NCBI GenBank assembly: GCA_020184695.1 | Contig: JAANOX010000258.1 | Location: forward strand, 62,001-126,000 | DNA: 64,000 bases | Direction of reading: 5' to 3' | From: Histomonas meleagridis 2922-C6/04-290x | Taxonomy: Eukaryota > Protista > Parabasalia | Shown here: piece by piece, positions 11,319 to 21,608 of the stretch | How positions within the stretch are numbered: position 1 is the first letter of the stretch | Layout of the letters: each line of letters begins with the position of its first letter | Position numbers and translations under genes: made by a program | Notes under the pieces: generated by a model | Database searches by the model: none | Seen by the model: the letters and a program-made list of their open reading frames with translations, nothing else | What the model was told of the DNA's origin: nothing

Positions 11319-12650
11319 ATGGAGAAAGAATTTTCTGATGTAGAACTTGCAGACGCACAGTATGAAACGAGCTTAAGGTTCATTGACTCAACTTCAACAT
11401 TTAACTTTGTTTCATCAATTTTCTTGATGTGCTTATATATCGCACTACACCTCTACTCATACTCCAGAATTTCAGACTCAATTGCTGTTAAAACAGATAT
11501 TTTTAACATCAATCCTTCTGTTGGAAAAGATGTTCTTGATTTAGATCTTTCTCTTTCTCACATTCTTGCCAATCACCGCTTCATTATCATTAACTGCACA
11601 ATGGTTAAAGACAAGAAAAGCCTTGTTGATGAAACCTTAGAGTACACAATTACATCAGAAGCAAGCATATTCAACCAAAATAGTCAAAAGACAACAGAAA
11701 CCAACAAAGAAAAGAAAACACTCAGATTCACAGAAGTATCAGAGCCAATCAATGTCCTTTCTAAGCAAGTCAATGATATTAAGTCAATCAAACTTACATA
11801 TACCATTGAAGGCAATTTAGAGAAACTTTCCTCATTACAATTCATATCATATTTCTACAACTCAAACTCTGAAAAGTACAGTAACTCATATGGACTCCTT
11901 ATGACATTTTTGACCGGCTATATGTTTATTGTATATTTAATGTCCTACAAATTCAGCATTCAATCACGCATTTTATGCTTTGCTGTTGGTCTTTCCGCCA
12001 TCTTTTCAGTCAACCCATTCAAGTACTTTGCATCAATGTCAATATCTAATATCACCGATCATGTCTTAATGGGTGCTTTCCTTTCTCTCTTCAGAATGTT
12101 CCTTCTCTTTGAAGTATTGTCAACTGCTTTCAAGAGTGTTGGAAATGTTCTCAAAATTGTCATCGGAATTGTTTTCATTTTCTATGCCACTATCCAATGC
12201 GCAGCTTCATATGATAGAGCCTCCGTGTTACAGTCACCCAATTTCTTAATCCAAATTCTTCCGACCGAACAATTTTTGATTTATTTCGATGCAATCTATT
12301 TCATTGCAATTGTTGTATTTTTGGTTATAACAGCTGTGAAGGATAATGGACAAAACTCCAGACCATTAATATTTTATGCAATTGTTATCATAATAATATT
12401 TATCGTTTCAATGTATTCAGACGTTTACTATGTCCTCACTGGCAAACAAATGTACTCTAACAACCAACAGTCATTAAGGAACTTTATATACTTGACATGC
12501 TCTGCATTCACATTATTCATGTTACATCATAGTAACAATAAAGACTACAAAGAATTCGGAGATAATAAAGACGATGAAGGACCAATGGTTCTTGATGTTA
12601 TGCAAATGGATAACGATTCAGATGAGGAAGAAGAAGAGGATGAAAAGTAA
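11319..12650 (+). CDS. Multi-pass membrane protein, possibly TMEM181/Wntless-like
   Basis: An N-terminal TM helix, a lumenal domain of about 150 aa, about 7 hydrophobic segments and an acidic tail. The family call rests on topology only. Confidence 0.45.
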   Translation: MEKEFSDVELADAQYETSLRFIDSTSTFNFVSSIFLMCLYIALHLYSYSRISDSIAVKTDIFNINPSVGKDVLDLDLSLSHILANHRFIIINCTMVKDKKSLVDETLEYTITSEASIFNQNSQKTTETNKEKKTLRFTEVSEPINVLSKQVNDIKSIKLTYTIEGNLEKLSSLQFISYFYNSNSEKYSNSYGLLMTFLTGYMFIVYLMSYKFSIQSRILCFAVGLSAIFSVNPFKYFASMSISNITDHVLMGAFLSLFRMFLLFEVLSTAFKSVGNVLKIVIGIVFIFYATIQCAASYDRASVLQSPNFLIQILPTEQFLIYFDAIYFIAIVVFLVITAVKDNGQNSRPLIFYAIVIIIIFIVSMYSDVYYVLTGKQMYSNNQQSLRNFIYLTCSAFTLFMLHHSNNKDYKEFGDNKDDEGPMVLDVMQMDNDSDEEEEEDEK

Positions 12651-12723
12651 ACCGCTGAAGGCACTTTTAGCCGATAATTTTCAATGAGAATAAACATTTC
12701 AAAAATATAACTTAATCTTTTTT

Positions 12724-14075
12724 ATGAGAAATGAAAAAATTCAAATGTTTTCTCCTAAAAAGAATCCTATAATAAGAAAACCAGATGTACAAATGGGTTC
12801 GCTTTCTAAGAGAGCAGAAGTACAATTGAGCAATAATGTTACATTATCAACAAATCAAAGCCATATATTAAAAGATTTAATAGTACAAAATAAAACAAAA
12901 ACTAATAGCGATTTATGTAATCTATGTCAAATCTGTACACAACCATGTGATTTCAAAAATGATGAAGAAATCAAATCAAAAATGAAAACTTTATCAGATA
13001 TTAACAAAATATTAAAAAACCAACATGATGAATCAGTTGATTCTATAACAAGTTATAAAGCAATTTTATCATTATTAATATTTCATATCTTAAAAGATCG
13101 TAAAGAAATACCTTACCAAAGCGACAAATTACAGGAGTCTGTAGCCTCACCAGAATGGGAATATAAGAAAAAAATATATGATATTGCGATTTCACTTTAT
13201 CGCAGATCCACATTAAATATCAAATCCATTATTACCTATTCCGTTGACATCCTCAAGCTCTGTATTTATTTGTTACGTTTTTCTGATTCACGTGAGCAAT
13301 ATAAGTTAAGTGAATTATTTTTATCCATTTATCAATCCATCCCCAAACTACAAATGCCAACTCTTGAACTTATCTCCACCAGTTTTGTTCGTGTTATATA
13401 TGAATTTGATCCATACACGACGACCAAATCTTTGTTATCCATCACCACGTCGATCATTTCAGGACTTAAACATTCGTTAAACAAAATCCATTTACAATTA
13501 TTTCATACATCAATTATACCATTACATTATAACAAAAATTTTTCGTATTATAAAAACGAGCTTATAATAACTACGTCGCAATTTCTTGAACATGATCATT
13601 CATTAATCATTGACTTATATCATTCGATCATTAAACATTGGCCGACAATGAATCCGAAGAATCAAATTACACTTTTATATGAAATTGGAATTTTTTGTAG
13701 TTTCGTTGATGAGGAACAAACTTTTAATGCCGTAAATATCATTTTGCAGACAATTGCAAACGCTGCAAATGATTATAACTCATTAATTGCGGAAACTTTT
13801 TTTCTCTTTGGGATATTAATGACTTCGTGTGGCTGATTGTGACTGAGGCAAATGTTTCTTACCCAATTTTAATACCTGTGATATTTGAGGCTACGTTTCA
13901 TTGGAATAATGATATAAGAGCTTTCGCAGCAGCTGTTTTAAATGTGATGAACGTGAATAACCAAAATGTGTTCATGTTCGTGTGCAAAAATATTAAAAAT
14001 TTGATTAATGTAAAGGCAAAATACGAAATTAAATGCGCTGAAACTTGGAATATGATTAGAAAATTGGCTAATTGA
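12724..14075 (+). CDS. PP2A B56 (B')-like regulatory subunit, split by a 1-nt deletion near 13808
   Basis: B56-like motifs PEWEYKKKIYD, DSREQYKL, IIPLH and IIKHWP...NPKNQITLL. Adding one T to CTCTTTGGG gives FFLFWDINDFVWLI, continuing into the ...HWNNDIR frame. Confidence 0.75.
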
Positions 14076-14539
14076 TTTAAATCATTTGTTTGTAAACTAT
14101 AAATAAATATATATTTCTACTTTTAATTGTAAATCAAATTCATGATGTTTTATAAAGTATTTTGTGTTTTTTCAGAATTGTTACTAAATTAAATTAGTAT
14201 GATGGTTTAAATAAAATAGCTTTTAGTACAAATTAAGAATAGAACATTAATATTCCTAAATTTATATAAGAATATCAAAACACAAATCATGCTTTACTTT
14301 ATATTATTGGGATAAACATTATCCAACAAACTTATGTTAGAAATTTTTGCAGAAACACAGTATATACTTATCATTAAACAGTTTATTTTCTTCAAATTGG
14401 AGTATACTCATATCTTGGCCAAGATATTAAACATGTTTAAAACATATTTTACATAACTCTATTAATAAATTTAAGAAATTTTTACATCAATAATTCGAGA
14501 ATAAAAATAAATAAAAGTTGAATCTATTGAAATTTATTT

Positions 14540-15106
14540 TCATTTTGGTGGAAATTGTTTGATCCTTTCATTAAGCTTTGCATAAACATAATGCATCTCT
14601 TTTTCTTTACAAACATCCAGAACTTCTTCTATTGGAACCCACTTTACTCCTTTATTTTCATCTTCCTTCTTTCTGATTTCTTCATTTTCATCTGCTTCAA
14701 GAATATATGCAATGGATAAATGTTCATGTGATGATACCCATTTACCATTCTTTTTGTGTCCCCATACTGGAAGTACATCAATACACATAATATCATTTGA
14801 TAAGGGAGTTGCATGAATTCCTGTTTCTTCATTAGCTTCACGAATTGCAACAGCAAGTAGATCTGGATCACCATCTGCGTGCCCACCAGTCCATGTCCAA
14901 GCGTCGTATATATTATGATAAACAAGGAGGCATTTTGTTCTTTCTTTATTAACAATCCATGAAGAACTTGTTATATGAGCATATTCATTAGTTCGATACA
15001 AAATATTATCAAAATCATGAATGTATTTAAGAATCACTTCCTTGTCTTTTGTTTCTTGCTCGCTAACAGGTTGATATTTTTCAATATCAGCAATATATTT
15101 CTGCAT
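14540..15106 (-). CDS. NUDIX hydrolase, bacterial (Firmicutes-like) type
   Basis: Nudix box GGHADGDPDLLAVAIREANEETG, plus AHITSSSWIVNKERTK, HNIYDAW and DENKGVKW. Confidence 0.9.
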   Translation of the reverse strand: MQKYIADIEKYQPVSEQETKDKEVILKYIHDFDNILYRTNEYAHITSSSWIVNKERTKCLLVYHNIYDAWTWTGGHADGDPDLLAVAIREANEETGIHATPLSNDIMCIDVLPVWGHKKNGKWVSSHEHLSIAYILEADENEEIRKKEDENKGVKWVPIEEVLDVCKEKEMHYVYAKLNERIKQFPPK

Positions 15107-15455
15107 TAACAAGAAACTTTAACCTTAACGTACACAATAACTGAAAGTTGCCTTTGAAAAAATGGAAAATTGTGATGATATCGATAGGGAATTCAGTAAT
15201 AAAATATCGTTTTCCCCTGAAATTTCTGTTAATTTTTCCGCCATGGGAAGACGAAAAACATATTGAAGAACATATATATTAACTTTTAATTTCAATAATT
15301 TCATGTAATAATCTTTAATTTAATATTCTTTAAATTTCACATCCATTGTTAACGATTTATTTTATTTTCCTCATTATCCACTAATTTTAGTATCGATTTA
15401 TTCGTAGACACATTCGATAGTGACAAAAAAAGTAAAATCATGCAAAAAAATTTAT

Positions 15456-16370
15456 TCAAGGCAATAAAGTCATAAACATATTATCAGTTGAAGCAATTAC
15501 TAACACATAATGTGAGAGCATAAAAGCAAGTTCGTCAGGATCATCCTGCATTTCAAGTCTACGAACCCTTAAGATGTCTTGTTGTGTTGGGACAGATCTC
15601 ATTGCGACATTCATATCGGCCGCCTTAACGTTCGCATAACCACCGTTTAAAAACCGTTCTTTATGTGACTCGACGGTTGGATAACGGGCGATGCCTTTTA
15701 GGGGCGCCCCAAATGAATCAAAGTTTTTCACCATCATCTGACCAAATTGATCATTTGGCTTAATCATTCCGTACGAAATGAATGCACTAGACTTTAGGGA
15801 CCCTGCAAATTTTATGATTTTATCAACTGCAAAAGGATCAACATAAATTAATGTACATTCATCAACAAAAATTGTTGGCGAATTAATATCGAAACTATAC
15901 TTAAGAAGAGATTCTTCAACCGAGTTTTCTTTGGATAAGTCACATTCAATTAGAAAGTAGTTATCAACAGGATGAAATATAGAATTTGAAGATATTATAG
16001 GTCCCTTCTTTTTGACAATGAAAGGTAAATCAAGATCATACCACTTGGAAAACTTAATACCCATATCACGTAACCTCCAAAATAATGTATCATATCCGCA
16101 ACCTAAAATGACAACCTGAACAGACTCTCCATGTAACTCGTGAAATTTTTTGATTGCTTCAAGCATTGATAAAGAACGAACGTAATAACCAAGATTCATT
16201 GGTGGAAGTTGGTTAACCTTATAAGGGACAAAATATCCAATATAAGGATCATCATAATAACCTCTTGATACTGCGCAAAGCTTTGAGTTAGCAGCATCCA
16301 AAGCAGTATCTTCCACCGAATTTAATTCTCTATAGCTCATTGAAGACAAATTGCCACTTTTGCATTTCAT
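15456..16370 (-). CDS. LCMT1: Leucine carboxyl methyltransferase (LCMT1/PPM1 family)
   Basis: DAANSKLCAVSRGYYDDPYI, MNLGYYVR, VVILGCGYDTLFWRL, DECTLIY, DQFGQMMVKN and LEMQDDPDEL...SHY. The start codon is uncertain (16370 or 16340). Confidence 0.85.
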   Translation of the reverse strand: MKCKSGNLSSMSYRELNSVEDTALDAANSKLCAVSRGYYDDPYIGYFVPYKVNQLPPMNLGYYVRSLSMLEAIKKFHELHGESVQVVILGCGYDTLFWRLRDMGIKFSKWYDLDLPFIVKKKGPIISSNSIFHPVDNYFLIECDLSKENSVEESLLKYSFDINSPTIFVDECTLIYVDPFAVDKIIKFAGSLKSSAFISYGMIKPNDQFGQMMVKNFDSFGAPLKGIARYPTVESHKERFLNGGYANVKAADMNVAMRSVPTQQDILRVRRLEMQDDPDELAFMLSHYVLVIASTDNMFMTLLP

Positions 16371-16484
16371 TTTTTGAATAGAAAAATGGTCTGACAAAGC
16401 GATTATAATCTAAATTCAACTTTTGAATGCAATTTCTATGGAACGATCAAAAGAGCCATCAACGATGTAAACGGTCTTCCGTGT

Positions 16485-16492
16485 GACGGTTT
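16485..16492 (+). promoter_or_regulatory. M3-like Myb-recognition motif (GACGGTTT)
   Basis: Resembles the trichomonad M3 promoter element and lies about 25 nt upstream of the Rab ATG. Similar AACGGTTT or reverse-complement motifs lie upstream of other genes (for example near 9131 and 11288). Confidence 0.35.
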
Positions 16493-16516
16493 ATAACCGA
16501 CATTGATCAATAGCTG

Positions 16517-17104
16517 ATGGGTATAAAAGTTGTTCTCATAGGAGATACACAGGTTGGGAAAACATGCGTGTTAACAAGGCTGACATCCGGATCATTCAAA
16601 CCTTACCCTCCAACAATTGGTGCAGCTTTCCAAAATTATATCATGACAACTGATAAAGGATCTGTCGAACTACAGATTTGGGACACAGCTGGACAGGAAA
16701 AATTCAGAACCCTTGCACCAATGTATTATAGAGCAGCACAATGTGCGATTTTGTTTTTTGATTTAACTCAAGCATCTTCATTCCAAAATTTAGAACAGTG
16801 GTCAAGTGAACTGGAGGACAAAACAGATGGAAACATGAGAGTGTTTTTAGTCGGTAACAAGGTTGATTTAGCCGATCAAAGAGTTATTAGCTCTGAAGAT
16901 GCTAAATCATTTTCTTTCGAACATGGAATGGTTGAATACTTTGAAACATCAGCAAAGACAGGAGAAGGAGTTAGAGAGTTATTTACACGAGTCGCAGAGT
17001 GTGCGAGCACATTTAAGGCAACACCAGCAACTGAACAAGAGAAACATGTTGACATTAAGCAGACATCAACTACAAGCGGAGATAACTCTGACTGTAAGTG
17101 TTAA
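16517..17104 (+). CDS. Rab small GTPase (Rab5/21-like, divergent)
   Basis: GDTQVGKT, TIGAAF, DTAGQEKFRTLAPMYYR, NKVD, ETSAKTG and a C-terminal CKC. Confidence 0.9.
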   Translation: MGIKVVLIGDTQVGKTCVLTRLTSGSFKPYPPTIGAAFQNYIMTTDKGSVELQIWDTAGQEKFRTLAPMYYRAAQCAILFFDLTQASSFQNLEQWSSELEDKTDGNMRVFLVGNKVDLADQRVISSEDAKSFSFEHGMVEYFETSAKTGEGVRELFTRVAECASTFKATPATEQEKHVDIKQTSTTSGDNSDCKC

Positions 17105-17429
17105 ACATTTATCATAATACAAACTCATTTTCAATTGAAATATCGATTATGTAAATTATTCAAATCGAAACTATGGATGTTTAATGATCGTTATGCTCTC
17201 AATTTTCAAATGCAAGTAACGGCCGTTTAAACATCAATTTTCAGTCTGGAAATAACGTTAAATTAACCTCACTCAAAAGCACTCAAACATGTTTGTTCAA
17301 TAAGTATGAAAAACATCACAAATTTCTGAAAAATTCTGAAGAGTTCTGATGATTTGTCGTTATTTGAATGGTTGAGAAGGTTTGCCGTTGTTTGAATAGT
17401 TGAGTTGTTCACCATAATTTTTTTGTTCC

Positions 17430-18511
17430 ATGAATGAAAATAAGCTCGAAATGCAAGATCTTTACAAAGAAGATGTTGAATATAAACAAGATTATTGTGA
17501 TGATGCTGATACTCCACCTTATAGTCCTCCAGAACCAACTCCAAAAAAAGAATTTGAATGGCCTAAACCCACAAAGTGCAATATAATAGGTTTTGTAGTA
17601 TGTGGCATTTTAATAGTTTTCTTCACAATACTTTTCTTTTGTTCGTTTTTTATTCCACGCAGTGAATATCTTGAAGCCAAAAAACAAAACCTCAACTTGA
17701 TTTCTTAGAAGTTGCAACCACACCTCTTGCATTATATTGGACTTATTATTGTTGCTTAATAATTTTTCTGGTCGCATTTCCCATTTTATTCTATATCGAA
17801 TTTGGAGTCGTTATTTTGATTATTTCCTGTTGTGCTTTCTTGGCCGTTTTAACTTTTACTATCATGACACCAATTTTTATACGTTATGATACAACAGTTG
17901 ATAAAGCAATCAGTCACCAAGTGTCATATTCATCATATGAAAGCGATATTAACGGAACGATTAATGAGCTTCCATACCTTGAAGTTGGTTTTACAGGTGT
18001 TTCTATAAGAAAAAGTAAAAAGAAGACAACTTATTACTATTGTTATCCACCAACATTCCGTGTTAATGCAACAAATGCCTCAACATCATATAACATACCA
18101 GAACTTGGTGACTATGCATGGACACAAATCAATTTAAACGCGACATATCCAGAAGGAGTCGAAGAATATGTGAACACATTTCGAGAAAGATATCGAGCGT
18201 TTTTGCCAGCGAAAGATCAAAATGGAAGAAAAATCACGTGGACAGACATCAGCGGATTCAAGACAGATTCATATAATTCGGATCTTCGTATAATTGGACG
18301 AAAGAAATTGGAAGGTAAGTTGAGTCCGGCAGTTGGCCAAACTATGATGGCATTTTGGGCAGGACTCGGATACATATACCGATTGATTGCGATTCCAGTA
18401 TATCATCCAGTGATAAATAAGTACAATATTGAGATCAATGCATCAGTTGAATATATTCCACCTGAAAGTGACGAATTCTTCCAAATTGTGAGTTTGACGC
18501 ATTGCTATTAA
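17430..18511 (+). CDS. Membrane protein family, copy 1 (weak TMEM151-like topology); 1-nt deletion near 17690
   Basis: ORFs 17430-17708 and 17816-18511 join if one C is added (KKQNPQLDFLEVATTPLALYW), matching the tandem paralogue KKQNPDHDFLEMQTTPLALYW. Confidence 0.65.
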
Positions 18512-18544
18512 TCATTTTTATATAAATGTTTGATCTTATAAACA

Positions 18545-18566
18545 TTTTTTTTTTTTTTTTTTTTTT

Positions 18567-18600
<34 letters not shown>

Positions 18601-18605
18601 TTTTT
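18545..18605. repeat. Interrupted poly(T) tract of about 60 nt
   Basis: T22-G-T32-G-T5, lying between the tandem paralogues. Confidence 0.9.
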
Positions 18606-18833
18606 GAAAATTGAAATTATACGGATTGCACATGAGTGCTCCCCAATTTTGCTGGAATGAACAGTTTTGAAATATCAATAATTTTGGTGCAGAGATATTT
18701 TCAAATATTTCAACACATAAATCAATCAACATCTACGTAAAAATTAAATGAAATAATGCACATAAGTGCACATTAGGGTTGGACTCTACGTAGAGTTTTA
18801 TCAAATGAAATAATATATCCAACATAAAAAAAC

Positions 18834-19791
18834 ATGCAAGTCACAAAGTGTAATGTAATAGGTTTTGTAATATGCGGCCTTTGCATAGCTTTCTTCACAA
18901 TCCTTTTCTTTTGTTCATATTTTATTCCACGCAGTGAATATCTTGATGCCAAAAAACAAAATCCTGATCATGATTTCTTGGAAATGCAAACCACTCCTCT
19001 TGCATTGTATTGGACCTATTACTGTTGCATAATGGTTCTTCTATTCTCACTTCCATTCCTATTTTATTTTGAATGTGAATTTCCAATTCTGTTAGTGGCC
19101 GTTGTTTTTTTCGGGTCAGCCGTTTTAGTTTTTTGCATCGTAAGCCCTATGTATATTCGTAATGATTCTTATGTCGACAAAGCAATTTCTTACCAAACAC
19201 CATATTCGACATATGAAAGCGATATTAACGCCACAATTAATGAGCTCCCATATCTTGAAGTTGGTTTTTTTGGTTTTTCTTCACAAAAAAAGAAGAAGTT
19301 CACATATTACTACTATTGTGATCCACCAAGAGTCCGTATTAATGTAGCAAATGCTTCAACATCATATAACTTACCAGAACTTGGTGACTATGCATGGACA
19401 CAAATCTATTTAAATGCGACATATCCAGAAGGAGTCGAAGAATATGTGAACACATTTCGAGAAAACTATCCAAAATATTTACCATCGAAAGATCAAAAAA
19501 AAAAAAAAATCACGTGGACAGACATCAGCGGATTTAAAACAAAATCATATGATTCAAGTCTCCGACTCATTACAAGAAAGAAATTGGAAGGCGGAATGAG
19601 TCAAGCAGTTGGACAAAATATGATTGCGTTTTTGGGCAGGACTCGGATACATATATCGATTGATGACAATTCCTTTCTATCGACCAGTGATAAATAAGTT
19701 TGATATCGAGATCTCGAATGCATCAGTGGAATATATTCCAGAAGAAGGTGACGAATTCTTCCAACTTGTGAGTTCGGTAAGATGTGATTAA
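18834..19791 (+). CDS. Membrane protein family, copy 2; 1-nt insertion near 19630
   Basis: Strong similarity to copy 1. Removing one T from GCGTTTTTGGG restores AFWAGLGYIYRL...VRCD* with the stop at 19789-19791. The 5' end is shorter than in copy 1. Confidence 0.65.
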
Positions 19792-20732
19792 TCATTTTTA
19801 TATAAACATTTGATTTTATATTATATTTGTTTTTTCATTATATAATTATAATAATGTTATTTTGTTTTCATTTTAATTGCAAATTAATATATCTCAGATG
19901 AAAGAATCATATGCTTATATAGTTTTCTTCGGAAATTATTCTACAAATTTAATTGTTACAAAAGATATTACTTGACAAAACTTTATTATCCATCAAGATT
20001 GAGATTAATCATACTGTCAAGTAAATCGGTGCTATTGGCCAATAAATCGTATCCACTTTTTTAGCTGAGAAAAGAGTTCTATTAGATAAAAGCATATTTT
20101 TTTAAATGAAAATATCTCATCAAAAATAAGATGAAAATTAATGACAGCATAAGCCCTCTAAAATTGTTGCCAACATATCTGAAATTTTACATAATATTAT
20201 TATACAGTTGATACCATAATTATATATATTTATCATGGTGATTCAATTTGATATTTAATTAGTAATCATTTTACCAAAATTATTATCCAACATATTTCAT
20301 GCTATAATGTCTTCTATTTGCAACACGTTTAAGTAATAAATGCAGAGTATTTTAATGGAAGTTTATTTAACAAGTAATACCTCGCTCAAAAAGTGTCTCC
20401 GCCATTTAACTACCTTTTTTAAAGAACGGTTTCTATCCCCTAAATGGTCGTTTGACACCAAACAGAATATAATTATCTCGTTGTTTTCATTATATTAATC
20501 CTTAAAAAAATATATCAAAGATTAATAATAACAGTAGATAATATACTTATATCTTTATAAGACAAAAACTTATATTTAAAGATTTGACACTTAAAAATAA
20601 AATAGATATATCTTCACATAAAATTGGTTTACGCATATGATAATAGGTGAGAGATCACTGTAATTTTGTCTATATATGTTTTTTTGGAAGCCTGCTTTTC
20701 ATTTTATATAATATATAGAAACTATATCAAAA

Positions 20733-21092
20733 GAAGACACTGTCAACCAATTTTCCCTCTTATAGAATTTTTTTTAATTTTAAAATTATTTGTAATGTAT
20801 TTAATACATATCAAATTTTAACATATAAGAACAGTAAACTAATTTTTATAAAGATATAATAATTTTTTTTAAAATTTCCTTTGAATTTAGTCACTTTCCA
20901 TTTAAATTCGTGTACGATACAATCCACAAACGGTCATCTAAGTAAAGACTGGATATATCAATTCACCACATCTAAACCAGTATATACAAGTATTGTTGAA
21001 AAAATGTTTAAAACATTTCTATCTTCTGTTTAATTTTGTGATTCTTTTTTGTGAGTATCACTCACTCGTGGAGGAACGAATCTTGATGGATT
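20733..21092 (+). repeat. Dispersed repeat of about 360 bp, copy A
   Basis: The reverse complement matches 38824-39182 (shared GAAGACACTGTCAACC ... CACAAACGGTCATCTAAG ... ACGAATCTTGATGGATT). Confidence 0.85.
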
Positions 21093-21608
21093 TGTAACCG
21101 CAAAATTAATTCAAAAAGTTAATTTTTCTTTTTTGTCCAGAGCCTCCAATAATGAATAAATTGTTTCAAGAATTATCCTATTTATAGAACATATAAATTA
21201 TCAGAAATTGCAAAGACAGATTTTCGAATTTTTGCTCTGATCTCTAGATATTGAAAATCTCGTATAACTTAAAAACAAAATGAAAACTACAGAAAAATTA
21301 TATAAACTAATATTGACTATTATTAGTTCTATATATTTATTGAATTTGAACTTCTGTATTTAATCCTAAAGCCCAAAAAAGCATTTTGAAATTTTGGAGA
21401 TTGCTCATAAAAAAATAAGATAACAAAATTTGGTTAAGATAATTTAATTGAATAGAATGTGTATACTTATTTATTTATATTTTTTTTAGATTTGATTCAG
21501 TTGAAAATGAAAAAAATTGATTTTCTGATTTGAAAAGACCAAATTTATTTGGTTTACAGCGTCTTATCAAAATCATTAGAAAAACTCGTACATATAAATA
21601 TTTATTTA

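Noticed and set aside
12724-16370. PP2A functional cluster (B56-like next to LCMT1, with a PP1-like gene elsewhere)
   Set aside because: Phosphatase families are typically large in these protists and there is no operon logic. Without synteny data, proximity is plausibly chance.
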